Shown piece after piece: positions 26,837 through 37,786 of a DNA stretch of 64,000 bases. The notes below the pieces were generated by a model. The model ran no database searches and was not told where the DNA came from. It worked only from the letters and a program-made list of their open reading frames with translations. Source of the stretch: an uncultured Actinomycetota bacterium (GTDB taxonomy: Bacteria > Actinomycetota > Actinomycetes > Streptomycetales > Streptomycetaceae); the NCBI GenBank assembly GCA_963836215.1, contig CAWIIU010000005.1, positions 690,334 to 754,333 of the forward strand. Reading direction: 5' to 3'. Positions within the stretch are counted from its first letter, which is position 1, and the number at the start of each line of letters is the position of its first letter. Made by a program: the position numbers and the translations under genes.

Positions 26837-29110
26837 ATGCCTGCGCAGGATTCTTCCGTTCCGTACGACGAGCAGGAAGATCTGTCCGCGGCCGTCGCCT
26901 CCCTTTCCGCCGAGAACGCGGAGCTGCGGGCCGAGCTCGTACGCCGGCATCTGCTCGATCTGGCGACCGGGATCCTGGCGACACAACTGGAGTCCTCGCC
27001 TCCCGAGGCCGAGGAGCATCTGGTCCGTCTGGCCGGGGAGACGGGGCTGAGCCCGGAGGACTTCGCCGCCGACATCGTCAACGGCGTGGCGGGCACCATC
27101 GCGGTGACAGCGCCTGCGGCTCCGGACGACGGGCGGGACACGGCGGACGCCCAAGCCCGCCGCACGCGCCGGACCGCAACCACCGCGGAGGCCCGGCGCA
27201 GTGTCGACGAGGCCGCGGCGACCCTCCTGGACGGCGGTCTCGTCCCGCTCGGCGTCGAGAGCTTCTGGCTGTGGCGGCTGACGGAGTCCGGCTGCCTTCA
27301 GCTTGCCGGGCACGCCGGTGTCAGCGCCACGGAGGCCACCCAGTGGCAGTGGATTCCGCCGTCGCTCCCCGCGCCGTTCCGGGTGCCGTTGCTCGAGGAC
27401 TCGCCCCTCTGGCTGCCCACCGGTCTGCCGCCCGATGCCGTACTCCCCGGCCCCGGCCCGCAGGCGACGCGTGCCCTGCTGCCCCTGCGGCTGCGCGGGC
27501 AGACCGTCGGGGTGGCGCTGGCGGTGTGGCCGGACCGCGGCGAGCTGGACGAGCCCGTACGCCGTGCGCTGTCGGACCTGATGGACGTGGCCGCGCGGGT
27601 GCTGACGGCCGCCGACTGGGAGGTCTCGCCCTCCCCGGTTCTCGACGATCTGCTGGACGCGATGGCCCATCCGGCGCTCTCCCTGCTCCGGGACCGTGAG
27701 ACCGGCGCACTGACGGTGGAGCATGCCAACGAGGCCGCCGTCGAAACGCTGAGGACGTCCGCACGACCGGCCGGACTGTCCCTTGCCCGGGTGCTCCCCC
27801 GGCTGCACGCCGACGTCGGGCGTCTCGCCGGGCAGGCGTGGGCGAGCACCTCGGTGCAGCGCGTGCCCCGGCTGCCGGCCCTGCGCGATGCCGGCACGGC
27901 CGATCCCCTCCTCGACGTGCGGATCCTGCCGGTCGGGACCGAGCGGGCCGTCGTGCTGTGGCACACCAGCAGCGACCGGGGGATCTCGGCCGCCCTGGCC
28001 GTCGCCAGGCTCCCGGGGATCGCGCCCTTCGAGGACCGCCTGGTGACGGGCACGTCGACCTGGGGCGAGCAGGCGTACGGAATCTTCGGGATGTCCAGGG
28101 ACGCGTCACCGGTCCCGGTCACCGAGCTGCACCGGCGGATCCACCCCGAGGACGAGGCGGAACTGACCGAGCTGCTCATGAATCTGACGGCCCGGCACAA
28201 GGGTGCTGCCGCGGTTCTGCGCATCGTCGGGGACGACAACCGGCTGCGGCATGTGCGGATCACCGCCGAACCTCTGCTCGACCGGAGTGTGCTGACCGGG
28301 ATCACCGGCGTCTACCAGGACGTCTCGGCCGAGTACCACACCGAGGTCGCTCTGTCGGCGACCTTCGACCAGCTGACGGCCGTGCAGGCGCAAGCAGCCC
28401 TGCGGCACCGGCTGGCGCTCCAGCTGCAGCAGGCGATCGTCCCCGAGATGCCCACCCTGCAGATGCTGCCGGGGCTCGAGGCGACGGCACGCTACCGGCC
28501 CGCGGTCCAGGAGTACCGGGTGGGCGGTGACTGGTACGACGTGCTTCCGCTGCCCAGCGGCAAGGTGCTGGTGGCGGTCGGCGACATCGCCGGGCACGGC
28601 ATCGACTCCGCCACGGGCATGGTCGCCCTGCGCAACGCGCTGCGGGGTCTGGCCTTCACCGGGCACACGCCCGCCCGTCTCATGGCCTGGCTGAACGAGG
28701 TCACCCTGCATGCGCAGGGGCATCCGACGGCCACCGCTGTGTGCGCGCTCTTCGACCCCGCGGACCGCACGCTGCGCTGGGCCAGCGCCGGGCATCTGCC
28801 GCTGCTGCTGCTCCGCGGGGGACGCGGCCGGCTGCTCGAGCCGCCGCGGAACATTCTGCTCGGCGCCTCACCGGGCGCCACGTACCGGGAGACGGTCACC
28901 CGGCTCGAGCCGGGCGACACCCTGCTGCTCTTCACCGATGGGCTCATCGAGCGGCGTCACGACGCGCTGGACGAGGGACTGGAGGCGCTGTTGCGGCTGG
29001 CGGAGACGTTCAGCGACTGCGGGGTCGACGAGCAGGTCGACCGCCTCCTGAGGGGGGCCACCGGCGACACCGACGACGACACGAGCCTCATCGGCGTACG
29101 CGTCCATTGA
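26837..29110 (+). CDS. ANTAR-GAF-PAS-SpoIIE (PP2C) phosphatase
   Basis: N-terminal RHLLDLATGILATQL ANTAR-like helices; TSTWGEQAYGIFG...IHPED PAS; VGGDWYD, GDIAGHG, FTDGL, DDDTS. Confidence 0.9.
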   Translation: MPAQDSSVPYDEQEDLSAAVASLSAENAELRAELVRRHLLDLATGILATQLESSPPEAEEHLVRLAGETGLSPEDFAADIVNGVAGTIAVTAPAAPDDGRDTADAQARRTRRTATTAEARRSVDEAAATLLDGGLVPLGVESFWLWRLTESGCLQLAGHAGVSATEATQWQWIPPSLPAPFRVPLLEDSPLWLPTGLPPDAVLPGPGPQATRALLPLRLRGQTVGVALAVWPDRGELDEPVRRALSDLMDVAARVLTAADWEVSPSPVLDDLLDAMAHPALSLLRDRETGALTVEHANEAAVETLRTSARPAGLSLARVLPRLHADVGRLAGQAWASTSVQRVPRLPALRDAGTADPLLDVRILPVGTERAVVLWHTSSDRGISAALAVARLPGIAPFEDRLVTGTSTWGEQAYGIFGMSRDASPVPVTELHRRIHPEDEAELTELLMNLTARHKGAAAVLRIVGDDNRLRHVRITAEPLLDRSVLTGITGVYQDVSAEYHTEVALSATFDQLTAVQAQAALRHRLALQLQQAIVPEMPTLQMLPGLEATARYRPAVQEYRVGGDWYDVLPLPSGKVLVAVGDIAGHGIDSATGMVALRNALRGLAFTGHTPARLMAWLNEVTLHAQGHPTATAVCALFDPADRTLRWASAGHLPLLLLRGGRGRLLEPPRNILLGASPGATYRETVTRLEPGDTLLLFTDGLIERRHDALDEGLEALLRLAETFSDCGVDEQVDRLLRGATGDTDDDTSLIGVRVH

Positions 29111-29131
29111 CGGCGGCACGCGGGGCTCCGG

Positions 29132-32080
29132 TCAGCGGTCGCCCTCCAGCCAGACCCGGATGCGCGCCGTCAGGTGGTCCGTGTCCACCGGCTTGGACAC
29201 ATAGTCGTTGGCGCCGGCGGCCAGCACCTCGGCGCGGTCGCCGGGCATCGCCTTCGCCGTGACGGCGATGATCGGCACCTCGGCGAACCGCGGGATCCGC
29301 CGGATGGCCGCCATGGTGGCGACGCCGTCCATGCCGGCCATCATCACGTCCATGACGATCAGGTCGACCTCGCCGTGCGCTTCGAGCAGGTCGATGCCGG
29401 CCTGTCCGCTGCCTGCCTGGAGCACGGTCATTCCCTCGTGCTCCAGAACCTCGGTCAGCGCGAACACGTTGCGGGTGTCGTCGTCGACGACCAGGACGGT
29501 GGGCCCGCCCGCCGTCTCGCCCGGGTGGCGCCGGCTCTCGGCCCTGCCGTGCGCCGGCTCGTCACCGGCGGGCACCCGCGGTGCGGCCAGGGCGTGGACC
29601 GGCAGGTACAGCGTGAACCGGCTGCCCTCCCCCGGTGTGCTCTCGGCGGTGATGGTGCCCCCGAGGAGCTGGGCGACCTCCCGGCTGATGGACAGGCCGA
29701 GGCCGGTGCCCCCGTACCGCCGCGAGGTGGTGCCGTCGCCCTGCTGGAACGCTCCGAAGACGCTCTGCAGGCGGCCCGCGGGAATGCCGATGCCCGTGTC
29801 GAGGACACGGAAGGCGAGGGTCGGGCCGCTGTCCCGCAGGGCGGGCGGCAGTTCGTCCTCGGTGGCGCTCTCCACGCGGAGTTCGACGCTGCCCCGCTCG
29901 GTGAACTTCAGCGCGTTGGAGAGCAGATTGCGCAGCACCTGCCGCAACCGGGACTCGTCGGTGGTCAGTTCGGCCGGGATGTCCGCCGCGGCGACCACCT
30001 GGAAGTCCAGCTCGCGCTCGCCCGCCACGGGCCGGAAGGTCGCCTCGACGTAGTCCAGCAGCTGACGCAGGGCGAACTGTTCCGGATGGACGTCCATCTT
30101 GCCCGCTTCGACCTTCGACAGATCGAGGATGTCGTTGATCAGCTGGAGCAGGTCCGAACCGGCGGAGTGGATGACCTCGGCGTAGTCGACCTGCTTCTCG
30201 GTGAGGTTGCCCTCGAGGTTCTGGGCGAGCAACTGGGCCAGGATCAGGAGGCTGTTCAGCGGCGTCCGCAGCTCATGGCTCATGTTGGCCAGGAACTCGG
30301 TCTTGTACATGGAGGTACGGGACAGCTGCTGCGCGCGGTCCTCCAGCTCCTGGCGGGCCTGTTCGATCTCCAGGTTCTTCTGCTCGATGTCCCGGTTGCG
30401 GTCGGCGAGGAGCGCGGCCTTCTCGCGGAACGCCGCGTTGGAGCGCTGCAGTTCCTCCTGACGGGCCTGCAACTCCTTCGAACGGGCGCTGAGTTCGGCC
30501 GTGAGCCGCTGCGACTGCCCCAGAAGTTCATCGGTGCGCAGATTGGCCATCAGCGAGCTGACATTCACACCGACCGTCTCGATGAACTGCTCGAGGAAGT
30601 CGCGGTGGATGGGGGTGAAGGGCCGCAGGGCGGCCAGTTCGATGACTCCCAGCACCTGGTCCTCGACGACGATCGGAAGGACGACCAGGCTGCTCGGGTC
30701 CATGCTGCCCGCGCCGGACATGACGGTCGCATAGCCGGGCGGCAGTTCCTCGACCGCGATCGTCCGGCGGCTCCTCGCGGCCTGCCCGACCAGCGACTGG
30801 CCGAACAGGAACGTGCGGGGGCCGCCCGACGGGTCGTCGGGGGAACCGTACGCGGCGGTCATGACCAGCTCGGGGCCGCGGGTGCTGTCGCGCGTGAGGA
30901 AGAACCCGCCGTACTGGGCCGACACCAGCGGCGGCACCTCGTCCATGATCAGCTCGGCGATCGCGGGCAGGCTGCGGGTGCCCTGCATCAGGCCCGAGAC
31001 GCGCGCGAGGTTGGTCTTGAGCCAGTCCTGTTCCTCGTTGGCCTTGATCGTCTCGCGCAGCGACTCGACCATCGCGTTGATGTTGTCCTTGAGGTCCCCG
31101 ACCTCGCCCGGCGCCTCGACCGTGATGGACCGGGTGAGGTCGCCCTCGGCGACGGCGCTGGTCACCTCGGCGATGGCCCGCACCTGGCGGGTCAGGTTCT
31201 CGGCAAGCTCGTTGACGTTCTGGGTGAGCCGCTTCCAGGTGCCGGACACGCCCTCGACCTCGGCCTGTCCGCCGAGCCGCCCCTCCCTGCCGACCTCCCT
31301 TGCCACGCGGGTGACCTCCGCCGCGAACGAGGAGAGCTGGTCGACCATGGTGTTGATGGTGGTCTTGAGCTCCAGGATCTCCCCGCGCGCGTCGACGTCG
31401 ATCTTGCGGGTGAGATCGCCCCGGGCGACGGCGGTCGTCACCTGGGCGATGTTGCGAACCTGGTTGGTCAGGTTGTTCGCCATGAAGTTGACGTTGTCGG
31501 TCAGGTCCTTCCAGGTGCCGGAGACTCCGCGGACCGTGGCCTGGCCGCCCAGGTTTCCCTCGGTGCCCACCTCGCGGGCGACCCGGGTGACCTCTTCGGC
31601 GAACGACGACAGCCGGTCGACCATCGTGTTGATGGTCTCCTTCAGCTCCAGGATCTCCCCGCGCGCGTCCACCCTGATCTTCTGTGTGAGATCTCCGCGT
31701 GCCACGGCGGTGGCGACCTGGGCGATGCTGCGGACCTGCGAGGTGAGGTTGTCCGCCATGGTGTTGACGCCGGTGGTGAGCTCACGCCACACACCGCTCA
31801 CCCGGGGTTCGCGCGCATGACCGCCGAGCAGTCCCTGCCCGCCGACCTCGTTGGCGACCCGGGTGACCTCCGATGTGACCAGCGACAGTTGCTCCACCAT
31901 GCCGTTGTAGACGGTCGCGATCTCGCCGAGCAGCCCTTCGGCGTCGTCGGGCAGCCTCGCGGACAGATCACCGTCGCGTACGGCGGTGAGCCCGGCGAGG
32001 AGCTTGCGCAGTCCCTCCTCGCTGAGCCGGTCCGGAGGGGGCCCTCGGCGCGGATCGGGCGCGGGCTCGGGCACATCCAT
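29132..32080 (-). CDS. Hybrid histidine kinase: poly-HAMP, GAF, HisKA, HATPase, REC (OsaA-like)
   Basis: 92-aa HAMP repeats; [30 protein letters not shown]; REC VLVVDD...VMDVMM...TAKA. Confidence 0.95.
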   Translation of the reverse strand: MDVPEPAPDPRRGPPPDRLSEEGLRKLLAGLTAVRDGDLSARLPDDAEGLLGEIATVYNGMVEQLSLVTSEVTRVANEVGGQGLLGGHAREPRVSGVWRELTTGVNTMADNLTSQVRSIAQVATAVARGDLTQKIRVDARGEILELKETINTMVDRLSSFAEEVTRVAREVGTEGNLGGQATVRGVSGTWKDLTDNVNFMANNLTNQVRNIAQVTTAVARGDLTRKIDVDARGEILELKTTINTMVDQLSSFAAEVTRVAREVGREGRLGGQAEVEGVSGTWKRLTQNVNELAENLTRQVRAIAEVTSAVAEGDLTRSITVEAPGEVGDLKDNINAMVESLRETIKANEEQDWLKTNLARVSGLMQGTRSLPAIAELIMDEVPPLVSAQYGGFFLTRDSTRGPELVMTAAYGSPDDPSGGPRTFLFGQSLVGQAARSRRTIAVEELPPGYATVMSGAGSMDPSSLVVLPIVVEDQVLGVIELAALRPFTPIHRDFLEQFIETVGVNVSSLMANLRTDELLGQSQRLTAELSARSKELQARQEELQRSNAAFREKAALLADRNRDIEQKNLEIEQARQELEDRAQQLSRTSMYKTEFLANMSHELRTPLNSLLILAQLLAQNLEGNLTEKQVDYAEVIHSAGSDLLQLINDILDLSKVEAGKMDVHPEQFALRQLLDYVEATFRPVAGERELDFQVVAAADIPAELTTDESRLRQVLRNLLSNALKFTERGSVELRVESATEDELPPALRDSGPTLAFRVLDTGIGIPAGRLQSVFGAFQQGDGTTSRRYGGTGLGLSISREVAQLLGGTITAESTPGEGSRFTLYLPVHALAAPRVPAGDEPAHGRAESRRHPGETAGGPTVLVVDDDTRNVFALTEVLEHEGMTVLQAGSGQAGIDLLEAHGEVDLIVMDVMMAGMDGVATMAAIRRIPRFAEVPIIAVTAKAMPGDRAEVLAAGANDYVSKPVDTDHLTARIRVWLEGDR
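31064..31900 (-). repeat. About three tandem 276-bp poly-HAMP units within the kinase
   Basis: Segments starting at 31340 and 31616 are near-identical at a 276-nt offset; boundaries approximate. Confidence 0.85.
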
Positions 32081-32210
32081 CGCTGACCTCGCCTGTCATG
32101 ACTCACGGCACCCGCGGTGCGAAAGGGGGTGCTGACCGTGTGAACAGCGGCTTTCGACACCACTGTGGCATGCCCCCATCCCGGCGACACCCGGAACGGC
32201 GCAGCCATGT

Positions 32211-32660
32211 TCACTGCGGAACGACGACCACGAACCAGACCGTCTTGCCGTTGCCGTGCGGCAGCCAGCCCCAGCCGGCGGAGAGCCGTTCGAGCAGGTA
32301 GAGGCCATGGCCGGACGCCTGCGCCGGGTGATGGTGTCCATGCGGCCTCGGACGTACGGGGCTCGTGTCGCCGACCTGCACCCACAGCCGCCCGGGACTG
32401 CGATCGAACCCCAGTTCGGATGGGGAGTCGCCGTGCCGGCAGGCGTTGGAGACGACCTCCGAGACGAGCAGCAGAGCGTCCTCCGCGGCGGTCTGTGCGG
32501 CCGGCTGTGACAGGTCGAACCACTCCCGGAGCACCTGGCGGGTCAGATCACGGCATCTGCTCACCTCGCCGGGCCCGCCCTCCAGGGGAACACGGAGGCC
32601 GGTGGGCAGCACATGGACTTCCTGCGGCCTGGTCATGTACTGCGGCTTCCCCACTGCCAT
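32211..32660 (-). CDS. Anti-sigma-factor-like ATP-binding protein (HATPase_c, RsbW-like)
   Basis: LLVSEVVSNACRHG, QVGDTSP, GHGLYLL, GKTVW; start could be 32636. Confidence 0.88.
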   Translation of the reverse strand: MAVGKPQYMTRPQEVHVLPTGLRVPLEGGPGEVSRCRDLTRQVLREWFDLSQPAAQTAAEDALLLVSEVVSNACRHGDSPSELGFDRSPGRLWVQVGDTSPVRPRPHGHHHPAQASGHGLYLLERLSAGWGWLPHGNGKTVWFVVVVPQ

Positions 32661-32761
32661 GCATCAAAGCACTAGAATGGTGCCTTTCCCCCACAAGATG
32701 CTCGAACGACGGTCCCGCTGCAGCCAGCGGCGAAGGCCTCCGCCCCCGTCGAAGGAGCCTC

Positions 32762-33688
32762 ATGTCCTCCCGCATCGCTCCCACCGCCCGCAGAACCCGA
32801 ACGCAGGCGCCGCAGGCGCGCCGCCCGGCACCGGACGCGGCCCCCGCGATCAGCGGGATCCCCGATCCCGCCGCGCTGCCCTCCCTCAGCACGGCGGACG
32901 CCCGAGCCCTGTCGACGACGCTGTTCCAGCGCCTGGCGATGCTGGAGGAGGGCACGCAGGAGTACTCGTACGTGCGCAACACCCTGGTCGAGCTCAACCT
33001 CAGCCTGGTGAGGTTCGCCGCGACGCGGTTCCGCAACCGGGCCGAGCCCATGGAGGACATCATCCAGGTCGGCACGGTCGGTCTGATCAAGGCGATCAAC
33101 CGGTTCGACACCGATCGCGGGGTCGAGTTCGCGTGCTTCGCCCTGCCGACGATCATCGGCGAGATGAAGCGGTTCTTCCGCGACACCAGCTGGGCCGTGC
33201 GCGTACCGCGCCGCCTCCAGGAGCTGCGGATCGATCTGGCCAGGGCCTTCGACCGGCTGGAGCAGGACCTCGGACGCACTCCCACCACCCGGGAGCTGGC
33301 GGACCACCTCCATGTCGCGCAGGAGGACGTCATCGAGGGCGAGCGCGCCGCGAACGGCTATGTGGCCCGCTCCCTCGACGTTCCCGCGAGCGACGACGAA
33401 GGCGCCTTGAACACGCTCACCCGAAGCCTGGGAGCCGAGGACGGGTCGTACGAGATCGTCGAGTGCCTGGAGTCCCTGAAGCCGCTCATCGCCGCGCTGG
33501 ACGACCGGGACCGGCTCGTCCTGTCCCTGCGGTTCTCCGACGAGCTCACGCAGTCCGAGATCGGAGAACGGCTCGGCGTCTCCCAGATGCATGTGTCACG
33601 GATGCTGGCCCGCATTCTGGCCGGGCTCCGGGCGGGGCTGCTCGAGGACGTGCCGTCCGGCGAATGCCCCGTGGCCCGCGCCGGGTGA
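32762..33688 (+). CDS. RNA polymerase sigma factor, SigB/SigF/SigG family
   Basis: EDIIQVGTVGLIKAINRFD, FALPTIIGEMKRFFRD, LTQSEIGERLGVSQMHVSR; GAAGGAG RBS. Confidence 0.95.
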   Translation: MSSRIAPTARRTRTQAPQARRPAPDAAPAISGIPDPAALPSLSTADARALSTTLFQRLAMLEEGTQEYSYVRNTLVELNLSLVRFAATRFRNRAEPMEDIIQVGTVGLIKAINRFDTDRGVEFACFALPTIIGEMKRFFRDTSWAVRVPRRLQELRIDLARAFDRLEQDLGRTPTTRELADHLHVAQEDVIEGERAANGYVARSLDVPASDDEGALNTLTRSLGAEDGSYEIVECLESLKPLIAALDDRDRLVLSLRFSDELTQSEIGERLGVSQMHVSRMLARILAGLRAGLLEDVPSGECPVARAG

Positions 33689-33720
33689 ACCTGCGGCCCG
33701 TCGCAGGGCACGGACGCGGT

Positions 33721-34137
33721 CTACGGTGAGGTGACCTCCACCCAGACGATCTTGCCGTCACCCCGGGGCGCCCAGCCCCAGCTCTGCGACAGCCGCTCCA
33801 GCACGACCAGACCGTGACCGCCCGGCAGGGAGACCTCCCGGCTGCGCGGTCGTGGCGGCTCGGGGCTGGTGTCCGCGACCTCCATCCGCAGCCGTTCACC
33901 GCTGTGGTGCAGCACCAGCTCGGTGGGCCCGCCTGCGTGCAGACAGGCGTTGGTGACCATCTCGGACACCAGGAGCAGGACATCCTCGGAAAGTGCTCTG
34001 CGCTCGCCGTCGGCGGGTGTCCAGCCCCAGTCGGTGAGTGCTTCGGCGGTGAAGTCGCGACAGCGGCTCACCACGCCCTTGGTGCCGAACAGGGCCAGCC
34101 GTCGTGTCTGCCCCTGTCCGCGGAGGCTCGCGCCCAT
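33721..34137 (-). CDS. Anti-sigma-factor-like ATP-binding protein (HATPase_c)
   Basis: LLVSEMVTNACLHA, EVADTSP, GGHGLVVL, GKIVWVE. Confidence 0.88.
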   Translation of the reverse strand: MGASLRGQGQTRRLALFGTKGVVSRCRDFTAEALTDWGWTPADGERRALSEDVLLLVSEMVTNACLHAGGPTELVLHHSGERLRMEVADTSPEPPRPRSREVSLPGGHGLVVLERLSQSWGWAPRGDGKIVWVEVTSP

Positions 34138-34148
34138 CAGCCCCTCCG

Positions 34149-34544
34149 CTAGGTAGGTCGTTCGTCCGCCAGAGCCTCTTCCAGGCCGGCGTGCACACGG
34201 AAAACCTCGTACGCACCGGTGATGTCGAACATGCGCGCCACCGGTGGGCGGAGCGCGGCCAGCTCCAGCCTGCTGCCCGCCTCACGCGCGGCCAGCCGCG
34301 CCCTCAGCAGGACGTTCAGTCCGGTCGAGTCGCAGAACTGCAGGTTCGCGCAGTCGACCAGAATCCTTTTCGGCGCCCGCTCCACGCTCGCCTGCAGTGC
34401 TTCTCGCAACGGCTCGGCCGTGTCGTGGTCGAGCTCACCCGAGATCACAAGGACTTCGGCACCGGGAGCCGGTCTCACCTCCACACCGAAGCGGCCGTCC
34501 ACGGGCCCCTCCCCCGGTGGCTGCCCGGAATCTCCCGACACCAT
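34149..34544 (-). CDS. STAS-domain anti-anti-sigma factor (RsbV-like)
   Basis: ISGELDHDTA, LQFCDSTGLNVLL with the conserved phosphoacceptor Ser; AGGAGAG RBS. Confidence 0.92.
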   Translation of the reverse strand: MVSGDSGQPPGEGPVDGRFGVEVRPAPGAEVLVISGELDHDTAEPLREALQASVERAPKRILVDCANLQFCDSTGLNVLLRARLAAREAGSRLELAALRPPVARMFDITGAYEVFRVHAGLEEALADERPT

Positions 34545-34710
34545 GGGGCTCTCCTGCCTTTCCTGCGTGCGTCCGGTCGCCGCCCCGCACGGGGCGCGTT
34601 CTGTCGAGATTGTCAGGGCCCCACCACCACCGCCAGTGGGCCCGCCCTCCGGGCGTCTGCCCGGATGTACCCCCAGTGCCCGGCATGCCCGCGGCAAAAC
34701 GCCCGCACGG

Positions 34711-36246
34711 TCATACGGCGGGCGCGCCGGGAGGTCCACCGGAAGGCTTCTTCCTCAGGTCATCGGTCTTGCCCCGCGGTTCGGATCCCTTCGCCTTCAC
34801 GGCCGACAGCGGAGTGGCGATGTCCTCCAGGGACCGGCCCTCGGCGGCCACCGCGAAGAACACGGCCACCAGACCCGCGAGCACCATCAGCCCCGCCCCC
34901 ACGCAGAAGGCGAGGACGGCGTCGCCGACGACTCCGCTCTCCGTGAGCTTCGCGAACAGCAGCGGTCCGGAGATACCGCCCGCCGCGGTGCCGATGGCGT
35001 AGAAGAACGCGATCGACATCGCCCGGGTCTCCATCGGGAAGACCTCACTGACCGTGAGATACGCCGAGCTGGCACCGGCCGACGCGAAGAAGAGCACCAC
35101 GGCCCAGCACACGGTCATCGTCGTGGCGTTCAGCCATCCGCTGTTGAAGAACCAGGCGGTGACGAAGAGCAGGAGCCCCGAGAGAATGTAGGTGCCCGCG
35201 ATCATCGGGCGCCGGCCCCAGGTGTCGAACAGTCGGCCGAGCACCAGCGGGCCGAGGAAGTTGCCGAAGGCGATCGCGGCGAAGAAGTAGCCGGTCGAAC
35301 CGCTGGAGACGTCGAAGAACTTCACCAGGATCGAGCCGAAGCCGAAGGTGATCGCGTTGTAGAGGAACGCCTGCCCGATGAAGAGCGCGAAGCCGAGGGT
35401 CGCCCTCTTGGGGTAGTCGCGGAAGACGCTTCGGCCGATCTCGAGGAAGCCGACGCTGCGCCGCTGCTCGATGGTGATCTCGGTCTCCGGCTCGGGCAAC
35501 GGCCGTCCGGTCTCCTCCTCGATCTCGCGTTCCACCCCTTCGACGAGCTTCTCCGCGCCTTCGGACCTGCCGTGGATGAACATCCAGCGCGGGCTCTCCG
35601 GTACATGGCGGCGCACCAGCAGGATGACGAGTCCCAGGACGACGCCGAGGGCGAACGTGAGCCGCCAGCCGAGGTCCTTGGGGAAGATGTCGGTGTTGAG
35701 GGCGACGACCGAGAGCAGCGCACCGCCCATGGCGCCCAGCCAGTAGCTGCCGTTGATGATCAGGTCCACGCGGCCGCGGTACTTGCTGGGGATGAGTTCG
35801 TCGATGGCCGAGTTGATGGCCGCGTACTCACCGCCGATTCCGAAGCCGGTGAGGAAGCGGAACAGGAAGAACCACCAGACCGAGAAGGAGACCGCGGTCA
35901 GCGCGGTGGCGGCGAGATAGACCGCCAGCGTGATGAGGAAGAGCTTCTTGCGGCCGAACCGGTCGGTGAGCCAGCCGAAGAAGAGCGCACCCGAGCAGGC
36001 GCCCGCCACATACAGGGCCGCCGCTGTGCCGGTGACCTGGGCGTCGCTGATGGGCAGTCCGCTGCCGTCCTCGGAGAGGCGGCTGGCGATGTTGCCGACG
36101 ACGGTCACTTCCAGACCGTCGAGGATCCACACCGTGCCGAGCCCGATCACGATCATCCAGTGCCATCGTGACCAGGGCAGTCGGTCGAGTCGTGCGGGAA
36201 CCTTGGTGGTGATGGTCCCGGTGGTCTCATCTGCGGTCCGGCTCAT
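34711..36246 (-). CDS. MFS transporter (sugar porter-like)
   Basis: RLDRLPWSRWH, DRFGRKK, GIGGEYAAIN, EVFPMETR, GRSLEDIA. Confidence 0.92.
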   Translation of the reverse strand: MSRTADETTGTITTKVPARLDRLPWSRWHWMIVIGLGTVWILDGLEVTVVGNIASRLSEDGSGLPISDAQVTGTAAALYVAGACSGALFFGWLTDRFGRKKLFLITLAVYLAATALTAVSFSVWWFFLFRFLTGFGIGGEYAAINSAIDELIPSKYRGRVDLIINGSYWLGAMGGALLSVVALNTDIFPKDLGWRLTFALGVVLGLVILLVRRHVPESPRWMFIHGRSEGAEKLVEGVEREIEEETGRPLPEPETEITIEQRRSVGFLEIGRSVFRDYPKRATLGFALFIGQAFLYNAITFGFGSILVKFFDVSSGSTGYFFAAIAFGNFLGPLVLGRLFDTWGRRPMIAGTYILSGLLLFVTAWFFNSGWLNATTMTVCWAVVLFFASAGASSAYLTVSEVFPMETRAMSIAFFYAIGTAAGGISGPLLFAKLTESGVVGDAVLAFCVGAGLMVLAGLVAVFFAVAAEGRSLEDIATPLSAVKAKGSEPRGKTDDLRKKPSGGPPGAPAV

Positions 36247-36302
36247 GGGCCTTGCCTCCTGAGAGGGCGGCCTTCCGTCACCGCCCGCGGCGCCGCATGC
36301 GG

Positions 36303-36328
36303 GTACCCGATGGTCAAACCCGGTAAAC
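36303..36328 (-). promoter_or_regulatory. SigB-like promoter for the MFS gene
   Basis: Minus strand GTTT-N16-GGGTAC, 56 nt before the start. Confidence 0.5.
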
Positions 36329-36357
36329 GGTCCGGGACGGGCGGCGGCCCGGACCGG

Positions 36358-37593
36358 TCAGCGGGCAGCGCGCTCCCGCCGCTTGTCCACGACCCACTGC
36401 CGCGCCGCGGCCAGCCTCGGGTACTTCTCCCGCTGCTCCCGTGCGCTGCGGTCCAGCTCCTCCATCAGACGCTGGGAGCGGTGTTCCAGGGCGAGTTCGT
36501 CCAGGATGCGGTCGACCTCGGTGAGCAGCGCGCCGTGCAGCTGCCAGTGGCGCGGGTGGCGCTGTACGCCCCGGAGCAGCAGCTGCGCCGCGTTCTCCCT
36601 GCTTGCCGCCGCCGCCTCCAGCTCCCCCGCCAGCCGGCCCTCGGCGGCCTCGGCGGCGTCGCTCGTCTGCGTGGTGACGAGGACGGCGAAGCTGACGAGT
36701 GCGTCGGCGACATGGGACAGCAGTTCCTCGAGGGCCACGCCCACCTCGGGCGGGAAGAGACTCTGCCCGCCGCGTTCCTTGGCAAGGTCGGTCATCGTGC
36801 GGGCCAGGACGCGCAGCACCACCGCGCAGATCTCCAGGGTGTCGAGCCCCGTCCGCAGCACGACCCGGTGCAACATCCCTTCCTTCACGCGCGGATTGAA
36901 CCGGAGGCTGTCCTCGGCCTGCCGCAGCGCCGCGTCCACGTCGGCGATGTCGTGGTCGAGCCGGCGTGCCTCGTGCAGCCGGGCCGCGGCCGCCTCCACG
37001 GGGACGGGGCTGTTGAGCTCCTCTCCCAGACGCAGCATCAGCCGGCGCATCCGTCGCGCCAGATCGGCGATGGACTCCCCCGCCGTGCCGACCCACACCG
37101 GGGGCACGAACACCACGTTGAAAAGCAGCCCCACCACCGCCCCGATGACGGTTTCGAGCACCCGGTCCCAGGCGGTGTCGGCCACCCGGGTGACGCCGAG
37201 TACGAGCATGGCGCTGATCGCGACCTCGGGGACGAATTCGCTGACGCGGACCATGCGGCCGACGACCAGCGAGGCGAGGATGATCAGGCCGAGGCTCCAC
37301 CAGCTGAGCCCGACCAGGACGCTGAAGCCGATGGCGAGCAGCACCCCGGCGACGACGGCGTTCACTCGTCTGATGCCGGTGGTGAGCGTGGAGTAGAGCG
37401 TCACCTGGACCACGAGGAGTGCGGTCAGGGGCGCGGTGAGCGGGGCGGGCTCGCTGCTCAGCCACAGGGCGACGACATAGGCGATGGTGGCCGCGGCGGT
37501 CGAGCGCAGCGTCTGGACGACGACGGGCTCGCGATACCAGCGGCGGGCCAGCTCGGCCACCGGTACTCGCCTCGGCTTGCGCAGTTCTGACAT
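36358..37593 (-). CDS. FUSC / aromatic acid exporter family membrane protein
   Basis: QTLRSTAAATIAY, APLTALLVVQVTLYST, DRVLETVIGAVVGLL, helical C-terminus. Confidence 0.85.
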   Translation of the reverse strand: MSELRKPRRVPVAELARRWYREPVVVQTLRSTAAATIAYVVALWLSSEPAPLTAPLTALLVVQVTLYSTLTTGIRRVNAVVAGVLLAIGFSVLVGLSWWSLGLIILASLVVGRMVRVSEFVPEVAISAMLVLGVTRVADTAWDRVLETVIGAVVGLLFNVVFVPPVWVGTAGESIADLARRMRRLMLRLGEELNSPVPVEAAAARLHEARRLDHDIADVDAALRQAEDSLRFNPRVKEGMLHRVVLRTGLDTLEICAVVLRVLARTMTDLAKERGGQSLFPPEVGVALEELLSHVADALVSFAVLVTTQTSDAAEAAEGRLAGELEAAAASRENAAQLLLRGVQRHPRHWQLHGALLTEVDRILDELALEHRSQRLMEELDRSAREQREKYPRLAAARQWVVDKRRERAAR

Positions 37594-37786
37594 CCCGTTG
37601 ATCGTGCGCGCTCACCGGCCCCGGCGTCGATGGTTGGTGCCCACGATGTTGCGGAGTCGCGGCCCGCTCGGCCTTTCCGTGGTGCTCATGTGTCTGAACT
37701 GCCCGCTGAGATCATGCCGTCACGGTACGCGGCGGTTTTCGGAGAAGCGCACAAGCGCGCGGGCCCACGCGGCGGCCGTCGGGGTG

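Noticed and set aside
34660-34700. SigB-like promoter for the STAS gene (GGGTAC at 34667-34672)
   Set aside because: A -10-like element is present but no GNNT at 13-16 nt spacing; the same applies to GGGTAC at 26658.
24004-36308. Palindrome GGGTACCC at 24004, 25545 and 36301 as a distinct operator
   Set aside because: About 3 copies are expected by chance at this GC content and another lies inside a CDS (6624). They are better explained as SigB-type -10 elements.
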